NCBI RefSeq assembly: GCF_011745625.1
Contig: NW_027191454.1
Coordinates: forward strand, 434,001 to 498,000
Length of the DNA: 64,000 nucleotides
Direction of reading: 5' to 3'
Source of the DNA: Cladosporium halotolerans
Taxonomy: Eukaryota
Shown: one piece after another, positions 23,995 through 35,563 of the stretch
Layout: the number at the start of each line of letters is the position of its first letter
How positions within the stretch are numbered: the first letter of the stretch is position 1
Translations under genes and position numbers: made by a program
The notes under the pieces: model-generated
Database searches by the model: none
Told to the model about the DNA's origin: nothing
Seen by the model: the letters and a program-made list of their open reading frames with translations, nothing else

Positions 23995-26017
23995 GATGCC
24001 GGTATTAGGGAGTAGTCGTTACTGGATGACGGATTGATGACAGCGCGGTGATGTCTGTGGGTGCGCTTGAGGGAGCTCGGAGCTCAATTACAGGTGGTTT
24101 GTGGGGTATTTGGGGGTATCACAAATTAAGGCAGTAATTGCAAAAGGGAGAGTAAGTGAGGAGAGAGGGGAGAGCGTGCGACAGAGGGGGCGGGCTGGTA
24201 GTTTTGTGAGGCCACCCGGGCAACCAGACGCAACGGTGGCACCAAGGCAGGCGCAAACCATAATGATGATGATGCGCTGCGAATGCACGGCCCGCGCGTG
24301 ATGTCATGGTATACCGTCTGCCCTGGAGGCGGCCGCTGGCTGCTCACGCTGCCCCAGCGGCCCAGCCATGCGCCAGCCCAGGCCCGTCCAGAGCATCGGC
24401 CGGGCAACTCGCCTCCAGCATTGCACAGCGCCTGTGGCCGCGGGCGCGGCACGGTGCCTGCTGCTGTACCACGCTATAGGACCAGGAGTGTGGCGCCTCG
24501 CGAAACACTACCGCCGCGTTGCGATCTGTCCATCCTGCCCATCGCACCGCAGCGGAGTCGCCGCGCGCCCAGACGCTGCAGCTTCATCTGTCATTATTTC
24601 ACATGTGCGCGCGACGACGGGCCAAAGCAAGGCTGGCGGCGAGCATTGGCAGCATGCCGGGGTGTGTGTGCCCACCATTGCCCACCACGGCCTGTTGAGT
24701 CGCGCCCACGTCATCCTATCCACGATCGCCAGCCGCCGATCCCCCAGGCCCATCTCTCTGCCAATTTCCCATCACGCCCAATATCTGCACGGCCGCTTGA
24801 GCGCATCGCCCGCCCGCTCGGGAGGCGCTCAGGCGATGAACAGCCACACGCGGAGGCCAGTGCATGCTCGCCAGCTCTTTCAAGGCAACGCGAGCAGGGA
24901 GTGCGCTCCACAGCTCGCAGCGCGAACCCAGGCGTGACAGAACTCTCGCTGGAACGAGGCACGCGATCCCAGTCCCTCGCGGCGTTTGCGTTTCAATGGC
25001 CCCGCGGCCTCTCAGGGGCAGGATGACGAAAGAAAAACACCCGCGCACCGCGCAACCTTCGCATCAAGCTGGCGCGCGGCTCCGCATCTGCAATAGCTCG
25101 CCCCGTGCCCGCCCATTCCCTGTCGAAAGATCTGCCGCCAAACCCACCCTAGCCCGTCTCGAGTGAGCAGCCTTGCCCGCAGTGGCCGCCCTTTCCAGCC
25201 TCAACCACACCACCAGAGCTGTCGTCTCGATTCAGCGGTGACGGCGCCGCGCGTATGTTCGATGGAGAGAGGCGTGAGCTGTTGATCCTCGCGGGACTGC
25301 GGCCGCCACATGAGGCGCTTGTCGCTTGGCGAGCATTGTTTCGCGTCTTCAGGGGCCTGTGGAACGTGCGATCATATGGGGTTGACGCGATGTGATCGCG
25401 AGGACTTGCTTTTTCTTCTCGAACGATCGCGTGGTCGGTGAAGGTTCTGCGGTGTCGTTGCTTGTTTTTCTAGAGCTCTCCGTTGGCATCATAGAGGGTT
25501 GTGTTATTGCGGGGACGGCCAACGCCGTGACATATTCCCACATGGCCTTATGACGTGAGTTTGGCTGAATGCACTGCATGGCATTGTTGGGGGTCTGTCG
25601 GAGGAGCTTGGACCTTGAAGCTCTTCAGGGTGAGAGCATTGGGTAGAAGTACCCATGACAAAGTCGTCGAGCGTAGTGTCAGGTGGAAATCTGGATCGCC
25701 TGAGGATCGAGTTCAGCTTCAGCCTTACGATTAGCACGGTACCAGCCAGGCGGTACGCAGTAGCAGACATATAACTCCTGGCCGCATGGGTCCTGCGGAG
25801 CTATGATCTCTACACGTGAACTGAAAAACTGATGGCGAGAGCGATGAAAATTCGTCCGATTCAGTATGCACACACCAACGACAATACGCAGATACACTCA
25901 CACAGAATTCAGCAGAAAGAATAAAGGTGTATATTTCACCGCGGGTATCATCTCACACAACCAAATATTAGCCCCGAGAAACGCCAAATGAACTTCAAGC
26001 CTTGCTCGCCATCCTTT

Positions 26018-27667
26018 TTAATACCGCACCTGTGGCAGAGGTCTATACCGACTGTGGGCATTCGCGCCCTCCAGCGCAGAAGACGAGCTCGGAAACCCCT
26101 CCGTGCGCGCCTGCAATCGTACCCGCTCCATCAGGTGTCCCACAGGAAGCGAAGGATGCTGCAGCTTCTTAACCAATTGCACGCGCGCATCATCGTCGTA
26201 GGCATGCAAGGCGTAGTGTTCGCGGATCAGCCGCTGGGAGTCTTCCGCCGAGGCCTGGTACACTTTGTGCGAGCAGCCATCTAGCGCGCAGACCCAGGTG
26301 TCTTCCTGGATGGGGTCTGGCTCGTGTTTCAAGCGGAGCGCGAGGTCGCTGCTCAGTCCTTCCTCGTTGGCGCCGGCGCCAGTATCGGACAGAGGGCTTT
26401 GGTGGTCGCTTCCGCTGGGCGATGAAGGTATGTCGATGCCCTCGTCCACATCAAGCTTGCTGCTTCTGTGCGAGAGGTAATTTCGCCCGCCGGACCTGGA
26501 GTTTCGTCGTTTGGCCGCTACTGGTGAGGATTCATTATCATCTTCGTCATCGTCGTCCATGAAGTTCATGACCGGCGCTTTGCCACCTTTGCAAGCACCT
26601 TTGCTGGCTTTGCTGGCCTTCGGTCTCAAAGCAGAGCGTCCTTTCATCGATCTCTGCGGCGTATCATCATCATCGCTGTGCGCTATCGAAGGCGTGCTCA
26701 CTTCGACTTCGGGCGTCTCGGCCTCCGATGACTCTGTCCGACCGCGTCTTGTCCTCCTTGCACCGTGAGGTCTGGCAGATTCTTGGTGCGACGCCTCTCT
26801 CTTACTTCTCGCAGCTCCCTTGGCAGGCAACTCGGCCACAGAGCTCTCCCGCACAGAGCAGACTTCCTCCGATTGATGCTTCCTAGGTCTCCCTCGCTTC
26901 CTTTTGAGGTTGCTGTTTTGTGAGGTGACTGATGTCTGCCGTGCTCCACGCGCTGGCACTGGAGTCCCAGTCAGCCTCCCTCTGATAAGCGCATGCTCTT
27001 CGGAGAACCGTTGGCTCAGATAGATATATAGAGGGTTCTTGAGCCACACGATGCCCTCCTTCCCAGCGAGCATACTCGCCAGCAGGAAATCCTTCTGCTC
27101 ATGTATAACCTGCGCGGCCTCTTTCGCGCCGTGCGAGTCCTCAATTACTTCCTCCGCATACTTTTGAAACAACTCCTCTGGTGTGTAGTCCGGTAACAAT
27201 GGCGCCGTCTTCCAATCTCCCCTCTTCCTCTTCTCCCTGTACGCATCCGCGACCCAATAGAGCGTTTTAACCGACTCCACCATCCCGGTCCATATCGACC
27301 TGTACGCCCTCGCCGGCTTGAGCGCAAACCACCCCGCCTTGCCGCCTGCCCACAACCCAATATTCCCATCCTCAAACTGGCCGTAAGAAAACATCCGCAC
27401 CTCGCTGATCTCTATCAGCGGCCTCCGCTGCGTCGTGGTAGGAAGTTGAAGATGCGCCTGCGCATTCGACAGCGGTTCCAGGTAGCCGGTCACGGTCAAT
27501 GGGTAGTGTGCTGCGGCTTCCAGCAGGCTGGCCAGCTGGCTCGGGTCCTCCGGGAGGTGTACTCTGACATCTTTCAGCTCAAACTCGGGCCAGTCGTCCG
27601 ATCGGTGGTCGAGGGATGGGTCGCGGGGCGCGAGGATCTCGGATTCGGGTATCGCTTTGCTCGTCAT
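26018..27667 (-). CDS. RFTS/DNMT1-RFD-domain chromatin protein with AT-hook and C-terminal C2H2-like finger (Raf2/DIM-7-like)
   Basis: N-terminal DDWPEFELKDVRV...PLTVTGYLE...FSYGQFEDGNIGLWAGGKAGWFALKPARAY resembles fungal RFD domains; AT-hook KRGRPRK; WVCALDGC...IREHYALH. Confidence 0.65.
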   Translation of the reverse strand: MTSKAIPESEILAPRDPSLDHRSDDWPEFELKDVRVHLPEDPSQLASLLEAAAHYPLTVTGYLEPLSNAQAHLQLPTTTQRRPLIEISEVRMFSYGQFEDGNIGLWAGGKAGWFALKPARAYRSIWTGMVESVKTLYWVADAYREKRKRGDWKTAPLLPDYTPEELFQKYAEEVIEDSHGAKEAAQVIHEQKDFLLASMLAGKEGIVWLKNPLYIYLSQRFSEEHALIRGRLTGTPVPARGARQTSVTSQNSNLKRKRGRPRKHQSEEVCSVRESSVAELPAKGAARSKREASHQESARPHGARRTRRGRTESSEAETPEVEVSTPSIAHSDDDDTPQRSMKGRSALRPKASKASKGACKGGKAPVMNFMDDDDEDDNESSPVAAKRRNSRSGGRNYLSHRSSKLDVDEGIDIPSSPSGSDHQSPLSDTGAGANEEGLSSDLALRLKHEPDPIQEDTWVCALDGCSHKVYQASAEDSQRLIREHYALHAYDDDARVQLVKKLQHPSLPVGHLMERVRLQARTEGFPSSSSALEGANAHSRYRPLPQVRY

Positions 27668-28098
27668 GGTCGTTGGTCCGGCGCTGGAGGAGGTGGTTCT
27701 AGGTCATGAGGTCGTGGGTAGCATGTGTGATCATGATCGTGTATGCTGCGATGTCACCACGTGAGGTGATTATTGTAAAGCTCGAAAGCAATCGTGGACA
27801 GCGCGGATGATTGGTCACGCCTCATCTCTTGAGGTGGTGGTAGCCCACCCGCTAGCGCGCCTTGCCAGGCGCGTCCGCGCAGCCAGCGTCAGCCGAGCGT
27901 CTTCTGGAAGCCGACGAGTTCAAAGTTCCGATGCGGGTCAAACTTCCATTCACGAGCTCCAGCTTCTGCGCTCGTGATTGCGCTTTGCATGTGAAAAGTG
28001 CAATTTGCAAGGAACATTCCTCCAGTACTTCAATTGCACAATCCATGGGTGGCCGCCAGATCCTCTGGCGCAGCATCTTCCAAGCCTCCAAAAACGCA

Positions 28099-29405
28099 AT
28101 GGCATCCAAATCGCCCGAGGGCTGCTTCGGTATCGTAGGGTTCCATTGCCAGCACGCAACCAAATCACTTGAACTGATCGATTTACCACAACAGGCATCC
28201 ACAAACCAGCCGGTATAAGCTCCGCGCAAGTCATCCGCGATGTACAGGAACACTTCAACCCGTCGAAGCTCTTCAAGCCATGGATCGAGAACGAAACAGC
28301 AAGGATCGAGCGCGAGTCGCACAACCAGAGAGCGAAGCGGTCGCGGCGCAAGCGCGGCGTCGTACAGTTGAAGATGGGTCACGGCGGCACCCTCGATCCC
28401 GCGGCGACCGGCGTCTTGATTCTGGGCATTGGATCCGGAACGAAGTCGCTCGCAAACTTCCTAGGTTGCACTAAGAGCTACGAGGTCGTCGTTCTCTTCG
28501 GCAAAGCTACGGATACTTACGATACGGAGGGCAAGGTCGTCGCACGCAAGGATTACGAGCACGTCACGAAGGGGAAGGTTGAGGAAGCTTTGGCGCAATT
28601 CAGAGGTAGTATCATGCAGAAGCCCCCGATCTACAGCGCGTTGAAGGTGAACGGGAAGAAAATGTACGAGTATGCACGTGAGGGAAAGGAATTGCCCATG
28701 GAGATTGAATCGCGCCCGGTGGAAGTCGAGGCTCTGGAAATGACGGAGTGGATGGAGGGCGGCACGCATGAGTTTCACTGGCCTGAGGAGGAGGCAGAAC
28801 AAGTCACTAAGAAGGCCTTGGACCGAATGCTGAATCTGGATGGCGACAAAACCCCTGAGCCGGAAGCTGCGACCGCCGGCGAAGGGCAACACTCGGCTGT
28901 TGGAGAGAAGCGAAAGCGACAAGACGAGACCGTCGGTGGCGCTGTTGAGCCTGAAGGCGTTCCCACGCCCAAACGTACCAAATCTGAGGGCGAACTTGAA
29001 GCAGCTGGCGCGCTGCCAGAAGGAACGTCAACAGAAGAGGCGGTGCCCACGGCGCCCAAGTCCCGCGACCCCTGCCCTGCACCAGCATGCCGTCTCCGCA
29101 TGACAGTGACATCCGGTTTCTATGTCCGCAGTCTCTGCCACGACCTTGGTCCGGCGGTCGGATCGTTAGCAACCATGGCCAATCTTGTCCGGACCAGACA
29201 GGGCGAGTTTGAGCTTGGCAAGAACGTTTTCAATTATCAAGATCTGGAAAAGGGCGAGGATCACTGGGCTCCCCAAATCCAGCAGATGCTAGACAGCTGG
29301 GTTCCAAAGCCTGCTAGCGAACGTCCCGTACAGAGAGAAGGCGGTTACAAGAGGCAGCAGCCGCCAAGGCGACGTAGGAACAGCAGCTCCGAACCAGAGG
29401 ACTAA
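28099..29405 (+). CDS. PUS4: tRNA pseudouridine-55 synthase (TruB/Pus4)
   Basis: ATG at 28099 and intron 28130..28194 give MASKSPEGCFGIHKPAGISSAQV...; catalytic KMGHGGTLDP, QKPPIYSALKVNGKKMYEYAREG and SGFYVRSLCHDLG motifs. Confidence 0.95.
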
Positions 29406-29547
29406 GGAAGGTCTGAAGAGGACTATGGAAAGTATGAAGAGGATTAAGGAAGGTCCTTGGTTAAGATTATGTAAATTAATGGCTATACCCAAGCTGGCTT
29501 TGGCTTCGTTCAATGCGTCCAAATTGCATCACACGTCTTTCATGGTA

Positions 29548-29919
29548 TCACTGCTTCTCTGCGTCGGAATCATTCTGAGCGTTGCTCGCCTGTATGGTTG
29601 CTTCGAGACTGTCGAGCCGTTGAGACATTTCGTCCACTGCAACTGCGATTAGTGCATGAACGCGTAGTTGAAACTAATTATTACTTACTCTTCGCTATGA
29701 GGTCGCTGGACATGGTACTGAACTTGCTGTTCAGCTGGTTGAGAAGGTCATCTACGACCGACACAAGATCTGAGGGTTGGGTCTCCGACGATGGCTGGGC
29801 TGAAAGTCAGCAATTGCCAAGAGTTATCACTGATGTATCTGACTACCTACACTTGGAGTGCCAGATATACTGAGTCGGTTCACCTGTGCTGAGAGCGTGG
29901 CGGTACTGTCTGATGCCAT
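29548..29919 (-). CDS. HSBP1: Heat shock factor binding protein 1 (HSBP1) family small coiled-coil protein, 87 aa, 3 exons; absent from the ORF track
   Basis: Exons 29919-29851, 29794-29689 and 29636-29548; introns GTAGGT...CTGAC...CAG and GTAAGT...CTAAT...CAG. Product MASDSTATLSAQVNRLSISGTPSPSSETQPSDLVSVVDDLLNQLNSKFSTMSSDLIAKMDEMSQRLDSLEATIQASNAQNDSDAEKQ* matches the HSBP1 pattern VxxLLxQxxxKFxxMSxxxxxKxDEMxxRxDxLE. Confidence 0.88.
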
Positions 29920-30288
29920 TGTTGCTAAGGTCCGCGAATTAGGCTGTGCGGCCTCGTAGGACACGCGGATTTGCGATACTCAATAAAGCCTCACAGATTC
30001 AATTGATCTGTCTTGAGAACTTGCTTTGGCTCTGCAAAGCTCCCGCAATCACCCAAACACTCGCACTCATCACAAGATCCCCATGGGAGTTGCGTGAAGC
30101 TTAGCGGCTGCAGAACGGCAGGCCCGGCTCGCACCTCCCGCGCCCCTCTCGGCTTCGGCGCCGGGGCTTTCACAAGCTCGCGCTCTTTCCTGCGCCTAAA
30201 ATTTTGGCATTCCGTCCGAGGCGCAATTGCTAAACTTGCGAGCCCGGAACAACTTTTACATACGTCCCACCACTTTGATACCGCAACA

Positions 30289-31482
30289 ATGGTGGCAAAG
30301 GGCGCTACCTTGAAGGGTGCGCTTGAGCGCGAGAAGGGTGTCAACCACCACCTGCTGCGCCAAAAGAAGCTGCAGAAAGAGGCTGCGAAGAAGAAGAGAA
30401 GCAAGAAGGAAGCTGAGATTGACGTTGGCGCTCTGGAGGATGCTGTGAGCGGCGCCGAGGTCGCTAAGGCGCAAAAGGCCGCAAAAGCCGCCGACGAGGA
30501 GGTTGCTGCCGACGCTGCAGAGAAGGTCAACGGCGAAGGTGAAGGCTGGGAAACGGACGAGGAAGACGATGAGGAGGAAGTCGGCGGTGTGAGCATTGGG
30601 GACCTGGACGACGAGTCCGACTCAGACTCCGACGACGAGCCCTTCGACAACGAGGCTGCCGACGAGGACGACATTCCTCTTTCAGACATCGAATCGCTCG
30701 CTTCCGAAGACAAGGGCGACATCATTCCTCACCAGAGGCTCACAATCAACAACACCGCCGCGTTACAAAAGGCATACAAGTCTTTCGCCCTTCCCTCAAG
30801 CCTACCTTTCTCTCACAACCAGACCATCACATCGGCTGAGCCCGTGCAAATAGCCGATGTCGAAGATGACCTCAACCGCGAACTTTCTTTCTACAAGCAG
30901 TCTTTGGATGCTGTCAAGGAGGCTCGCGCGAAGCTGAAGAAGGAGGGCGTTCCTTTCACGAGACCTTCAGACTACTTTGCCGAGATGGTGAAGACGGAAG
31001 AGCAAATGGGCAAGGTCAAGGCTAAGCTGGTGGATGAGGCGGCGAGGAAGAAGGCTAGCGCAGACGCCAGGAGACAACGTGATCTCAAGAAGTTTGGTAA
31101 GGCCGTGCAAGTCGCGAAACTGCAGGAGCGTGACCGTACCAAGAGGGAGACCATGGACAAGATCAACTCGCTTAAGCGCAAACGCCAGGGCGGTGCCGAC
31201 CTCAACGACAAAGAGGACAACTTCGACGTTGCGTTGGAAGATGCCGCGGAGACTGAGAGGAAGGACAGGGCAGACAGGAAAGCTAAGGGTGCCGCTGCTG
31301 GTGCGCAGAGGAAGCGTCAGAAGAAGGATGAGAAGTACGGCTTTGGTGGCAAGAAGAAGCACGCAAAGAGCAACGATGCGAGATCAGCAGGCGACATGTC
31401 TGGTTTCTCGGTGAAGAAAATGAAGGGCAAGGGTGGAGCAGCCAAGCGTCCTGGCAAATCCCAAAGGGCAAAGAAATTCTAG
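30289..31482 (+). CDS. EBP2: rRNA-processing protein Ebp2
   Basis: ATG at 30289 (ACAATGG); Lys-rich and acidic N-terminus; DDLNRELSFYKQSL, FTRPSDYFAEMVK, RDLKKFGKAVQ and KYGFGGKK motifs. Confidence 0.95.
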   Translation: MVAKGATLKGALEREKGVNHHLLRQKKLQKEAAKKKRSKKEAEIDVGALEDAVSGAEVAKAQKAAKAADEEVAADAAEKVNGEGEGWETDEEDDEEEVGGVSIGDLDDESDSDSDDEPFDNEAADEDDIPLSDIESLASEDKGDIIPHQRLTINNTAALQKAYKSFALPSSLPFSHNQTITSAEPVQIADVEDDLNRELSFYKQSLDAVKEARAKLKKEGVPFTRPSDYFAEMVKTEEQMGKVKAKLVDEAARKKASADARRQRDLKKFGKAVQVAKLQERDRTKRETMDKINSLKRKRQGGADLNDKEDNFDVALEDAAETERKDRADRKAKGAAAGAQRKRQKKDEKYGFGGKKKHAKSNDARSAGDMSGFSVKKMKGKGGAAKRPGKSQRAKKF

Positions 31483-31621
31483 GTTGTGGCAGCCAACAGG
31501 GTGTAATATTGCTTGGGAACTTTTCCGATACCAGAAATAGCGAACATTGTTACATTAGTCATTCTTCCGTCGACTTCACCGGCGTCCAGCATGCTCCCAT
31601 TTTCCGACCGTCACTCGGCAC

Positions 31622-32284
31622 TCACCTCTTCCAAGTCGCATCCGCGTCGGGATGGATCTCGGGCTCCGCAATATACTTTCTGCTCTCCTTCTTCTTCTCC
31701 GAGCTGACATTGAACCGGCTATCACGGTCTTCCAGCTTTCCCTTAGGCAGCTGCTCATCACTCGTGAACGAAGTCATAAGCTGCGGCACGCCCAGCGGTA
31801 ACTCATCCCCCCGGTCCGTCTGCCACAGATGGAATACCTTGCCATACAACACCACCACTTCCTCCATCTCCTTGTTTTCAGCCTGCTCCCAGACCGCATC
31901 CGGCAACGCGTCGGGTGCTGGCATGATCAGCATGCCACTCTTGACCTCGTACACGTGGCTGTGCCAGAGCTTGCGCTCTTCGGCATCCAGTTTTTCGTAC
32001 AAGTGCGGCTTGACCATGTACTCGATTCCGATGAGGCGTGCGTTCGGCTCAGGGCTGTCATACAGGATGCATTGGCGGACGTCTTCGTTAAGGTGCGCAC
32101 AGTAGTGGTTTGCTTCGACGGCGCGTGATGGGTCCGAGGCGTAAGCGTGGAAGGCATTGAGGTGGGCGCATAAGCGTTTGGGTGGCGCGAAGTTCTGAAC
32201 TGCGCTGGCACCAGTTTCGAGTGTGGTGTTTTTGGCGGATTCAGGTGCGCCTTTGGTGGCGTTGGTTACTGGTAGACTGTCCAT
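31622..32284 (-). CDS. DUF1264 / oil-body-associated protein (OBAP) family protein
   Basis: HLNAFHAYA...[22 protein letters not shown]...[10 protein letters not shown]...[11 protein letters not shown]...[27 protein letters not shown]. Confidence 0.9.
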   Translation of the reverse strand: MDSLPVTNATKGAPESAKNTTLETGASAVQNFAPPKRLCAHLNAFHAYASDPSRAVEANHYCAHLNEDVRQCILYDSPEPNARLIGIEYMVKPHLYEKLDAEERKLWHSHVYEVKSGMLIMPAPDALPDAVWEQAENKEMEEVVVLYGKVFHLWQTDRGDELPLGVPQLMTSFTSDEQLPKGKLEDRDSRFNVSSEKKKESRKYIAEPEIHPDADATWKR

Positions 32285-32958
32285 TCTTGTAAATTGACAA
32301 TGTGAGGATAAGGCTGTGGCGGTAAGAGCAAGAAAGATCGCAATGGACAGTCCTTATGAGATAGAATGGATGAGCAGGATGTAGCGATCGGATCTTACTT
32401 GCATTCAAATGCACGTACGTATTACAGTATATGTACTCGTCGAAGACTCCAACCAACCTGTTTGACGTCACAAATCATCAGCACTCACAAGAGGTCACGC
32501 GACATATTGACAAGCATTTCTGTGGGCGGTCAATGAAAGCATTGTCAGACTTCAAAGTAATACCACTAACTTGTTGCCTCGTCGAAGATCCACGCGCAGA
32601 CAAGGTTACAGGCACCAAAGTAAGAGGTAGCCATTTTGGAGAGTGGGATGTCTTCTTCAGGCGCAGCTGCGGGCGCTGAAGTCCCGCCCGCTAGGTTCAT
32701 GCGCGGTCCGAGCTTGCCGCGCCTTGGGATTCAAGGGTTCCAACTTCCTTCCGCCGCGTTCGGCAGCCCGCAACGCCCTCCCGCCTTGTTTCGCACGTGG
32801 AAGACTCTCTCTCTTTCTCTTTCTTCACCATACATCATATCTACATACACTGCATATTTACCCCACAGCCACGGCACTCACTGTCCGTGCGCGTCCACTA
32901 TCGCTACAAGTAGCAATATAGGGATATTCTAAATGACTGCTCGCAGCAAGCTCATACG

Positions 32959-34494
32959 ATGAACAGTTTCTTCGGCGCTGGAGGCAACAGGCCGCAGCTG
33001 AACGTCACTAAGAAGCCTGCGATACGTCGCGAGAAGGTCTTGGTACCCACGAACAAGCCAGCCTCGAACAGCGCCTCTCCGCAGCCCGCTGCACGCAGAC
33101 CAGGCCCTCCCGCCAACCGATTCCAGCTCTCAGGAACCGCGAGTGCCAGCAAACCGCTCAAGAGCGCCGCGCAAAGAGCGCTCGCCCCTTCACGAGGGAT
33201 AAAGCGGAAAAGTGCGACTCCTCAGCCTGAACGACCACTCTTCAGCGACGATGACGACGACGAGGGCAGCAGCGAGGTTGGGGGTAGCGACTCCGACGTC
33301 TCGCGCAAAAGGATCAAGAGCAGTGTGAGCTCTGTGGATAGTGCCGGACCTAGAAGGGCTTTGGCGTCAGAGTCGGTGAAGGAAGATGGGAAATCGCTCA
33401 AGTTTGTGCATGCGGCCAGCCTTACGTCTGGAGACCAAGAGAGCAAGTTTAAGAACTTGTGGGGAAGAGATGAGACGGTCACGGTGTCCTTGCAGTATCC
33501 GAGCAAAAGCCCTATGGAACGCTTCCAGCTGAAACGGCCGAAATCAGATGAAGACTATAAACCTCTTGACGACATTGCGGAGACGGTCAAGCACATTTGC
33601 GAATATTACCTTCCGGACGAAATTGCGAAGAAGTACATCGACCCAGACGAGCCCACTTGCTTCCATCGCAGATTTCACCGAGCGTGGCAGTGCGAAAGCG
33701 TCGAAGACTTTGAGGACACGGTCTACGATTTCAACAAGCTACTCAAGCCGTTGGTGCAGGATGGGACAATTCACCGTGAGCTCACACGCCAGGCTGCAAT
33801 GCCTCTGGACTGGGTCAAGCGCATTCTGGATCAGACTTACGCCCGCACGGTTTCTCCCCACGTGGACACTTTGAAGGCCTATAAGAATGGTAGTGACAAT
33901 GTGTACGGCGAATTGCTGCCTCGCTTCGTCAGCAATATCTTCAAGCAAACACGGCTGAACCACGAGCAAATCTTTGTCGACCTTGGTTCCGGCGTTGGCA
34001 ATGTCGTTCTCCAGGCCGCTCTGGAGGTTGGATCCGAGAGCTGGGGCATCGAGATGATGAACAATCCTTGTGACCTGGCCGACCTTCAGGCGAAGGAGTT
34101 TCCGGCACGCGCCAAACTTTGGGGTCTGAATGTTGGTAAAGTGCACTTGCTTCGTGGCAACTTTACTGAGAACCGGAGGATTGGCGAAGTCCTCAAGCGC
34201 GCCGACGTCGTGCTTGTAAACAACCAGGCCTTCACGCCAACGCTGAACGACGTCTTGGTATCAATGTTCCTCGATTTGAAGGAAGGATGTCAAGTGGTGT
34301 CTCTTAAGCCCTTCGTACCACCTGGCCACAGGATCTCGATGCGCAACGTCGACTCGCCGGTGAACATGTTCGTACAGCGAGAGGACACCTATTTCTCGGA
34401 CAGTGTGAGCTGGACGGAGAGTATAGGAACTTACTACTATGCCACCAAGGACTCGAGGCCGTTGAAAGCATTCAAGAGGAGGATGGGACTTTAG
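32959..34494 (+). CDS. DOT1: Histone H3K79 methyltransferase Dot1
   Basis: SDNVYGELLP, FVDLGSGVGNVVLQAAL, ESWGIEMM, VVLVNNQAF and DSVSWT motifs of the DOT1 domain. Confidence 0.95.
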   Translation: MNSFFGAGGNRPQLNVTKKPAIRREKVLVPTNKPASNSASPQPAARRPGPPANRFQLSGTASASKPLKSAAQRALAPSRGIKRKSATPQPERPLFSDDDDDEGSSEVGGSDSDVSRKRIKSSVSSVDSAGPRRALASESVKEDGKSLKFVHAASLTSGDQESKFKNLWGRDETVTVSLQYPSKSPMERFQLKRPKSDEDYKPLDDIAETVKHICEYYLPDEIAKKYIDPDEPTCFHRRFHRAWQCESVEDFEDTVYDFNKLLKPLVQDGTIHRELTRQAAMPLDWVKRILDQTYARTVSPHVDTLKAYKNGSDNVYGELLPRFVSNIFKQTRLNHEQIFVDLGSGVGNVVLQAALEVGSESWGIEMMNNPCDLADLQAKEFPARAKLWGLNVGKVHLLRGNFTENRRIGEVLKRADVVLVNNQAFTPTLNDVLVSMFLDLKEGCQVVSLKPFVPPGHRISMRNVDSPVNMFVQREDTYFSDSVSWTESIGTYYYATKDSRPLKAFKRRMGL

Positions 34495-35563
34495 GGGAAG
34501 CTGGGTTTCTCTGCATTGCGATGCTGGTGAAGCGTTCTGCGCTGGCGATACTCTGGCATCGTTTGCTTTTCACGCATCAAAAGCGCTGCATCAGCTGGGT
34601 GTTCTTTCTTTCACTTGGATATGATACCCGGGGGCATAATTGTACGATTGCATGGTGTGTAACAACATAGATCACGAATTCAATACGACACGAGTGTCAA
34701 ATCAACCCCACGTTTTTCCCGTCATTGCTAAGAACATTTCTCCATGCGTTCGCGGTGGTTTTCCGTGATACTGGACCCACTGAAGCACTGGACGACCCGT
34801 GAACGGTGACTAGCTCAGTCTCCAACATTGACATAGACCTCGTGGAAGCACCCGACATTTTCAGGCCTCACGTCCAGGCCATGAAAGGGTTGACCGCGGG
34901 CTTTGACAATAACAGAACTGCTAGATATTAGGATGCTCAATTGAGTGCCTGGCCGAGCATTCAATACTCGAATCAGCACAAGAAGCTCCTACGGGAGCCG
35001 TTGACACTTCTGTCGTCTCGTCTCATCGGCACAGGACTGCTCGTTCAAGGTGATGGAATGTACTCTTCGCTTCTGACCACATACTCTAGCACTATAAGCC
35101 AGCGTGGTAAACCATTGAAGAGCAGGTGTGTGAGAATTACTCTCGCAACAATGTCCACACTCGGCATCCTGTAATGTAGGCGATGCCGGGCTCTAGCAAT
35201 TGGTGTTGCGGATCCTGGAATGTCGGATAACAAAGTGGTATACCAACCTAGTCAGGCAAATGAGCATGCTGACACTACTGAAGATGCTTTGAGACTATCT
35301 TCGTGAATAGAAGATGCTGTGCGCATTCATGTGTGAAAGGAATGGAATGAAGTCTGATGGTAAATTGTGAGAAGAAATAGTGAAGCCAAATGCTGGTTCT
35401 CTTGGCACCCTTTCACTCCCGACGGCAGAGGCCGCTGGCTGGCTCGACCTCACGTCGTCATTGTTTGAGCTTCAGCGAGCGCTCTTCGATCTCTGGAATC
35501 CTTGTCGCAAAGAACGCGCTTGACAAAAACAGTCGCGCGTATGCGCTGGGTCGCGCATTCATA

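Noticed and set aside
25349..25897. Short minus-strand ORFs between the DUF4449-like and RFTS genes
   Set aside because: No recognisable homology or consistent splice pattern; a decayed gene cannot be excluded without a search.
30013..30288. 92-aa N-terminal extension of EBP2 in the ORF track
   Set aside because: Starts at a non-ATG codon and covers the HSBP1/EBP2 divergent promoter; the ATG at 30289 has good context.
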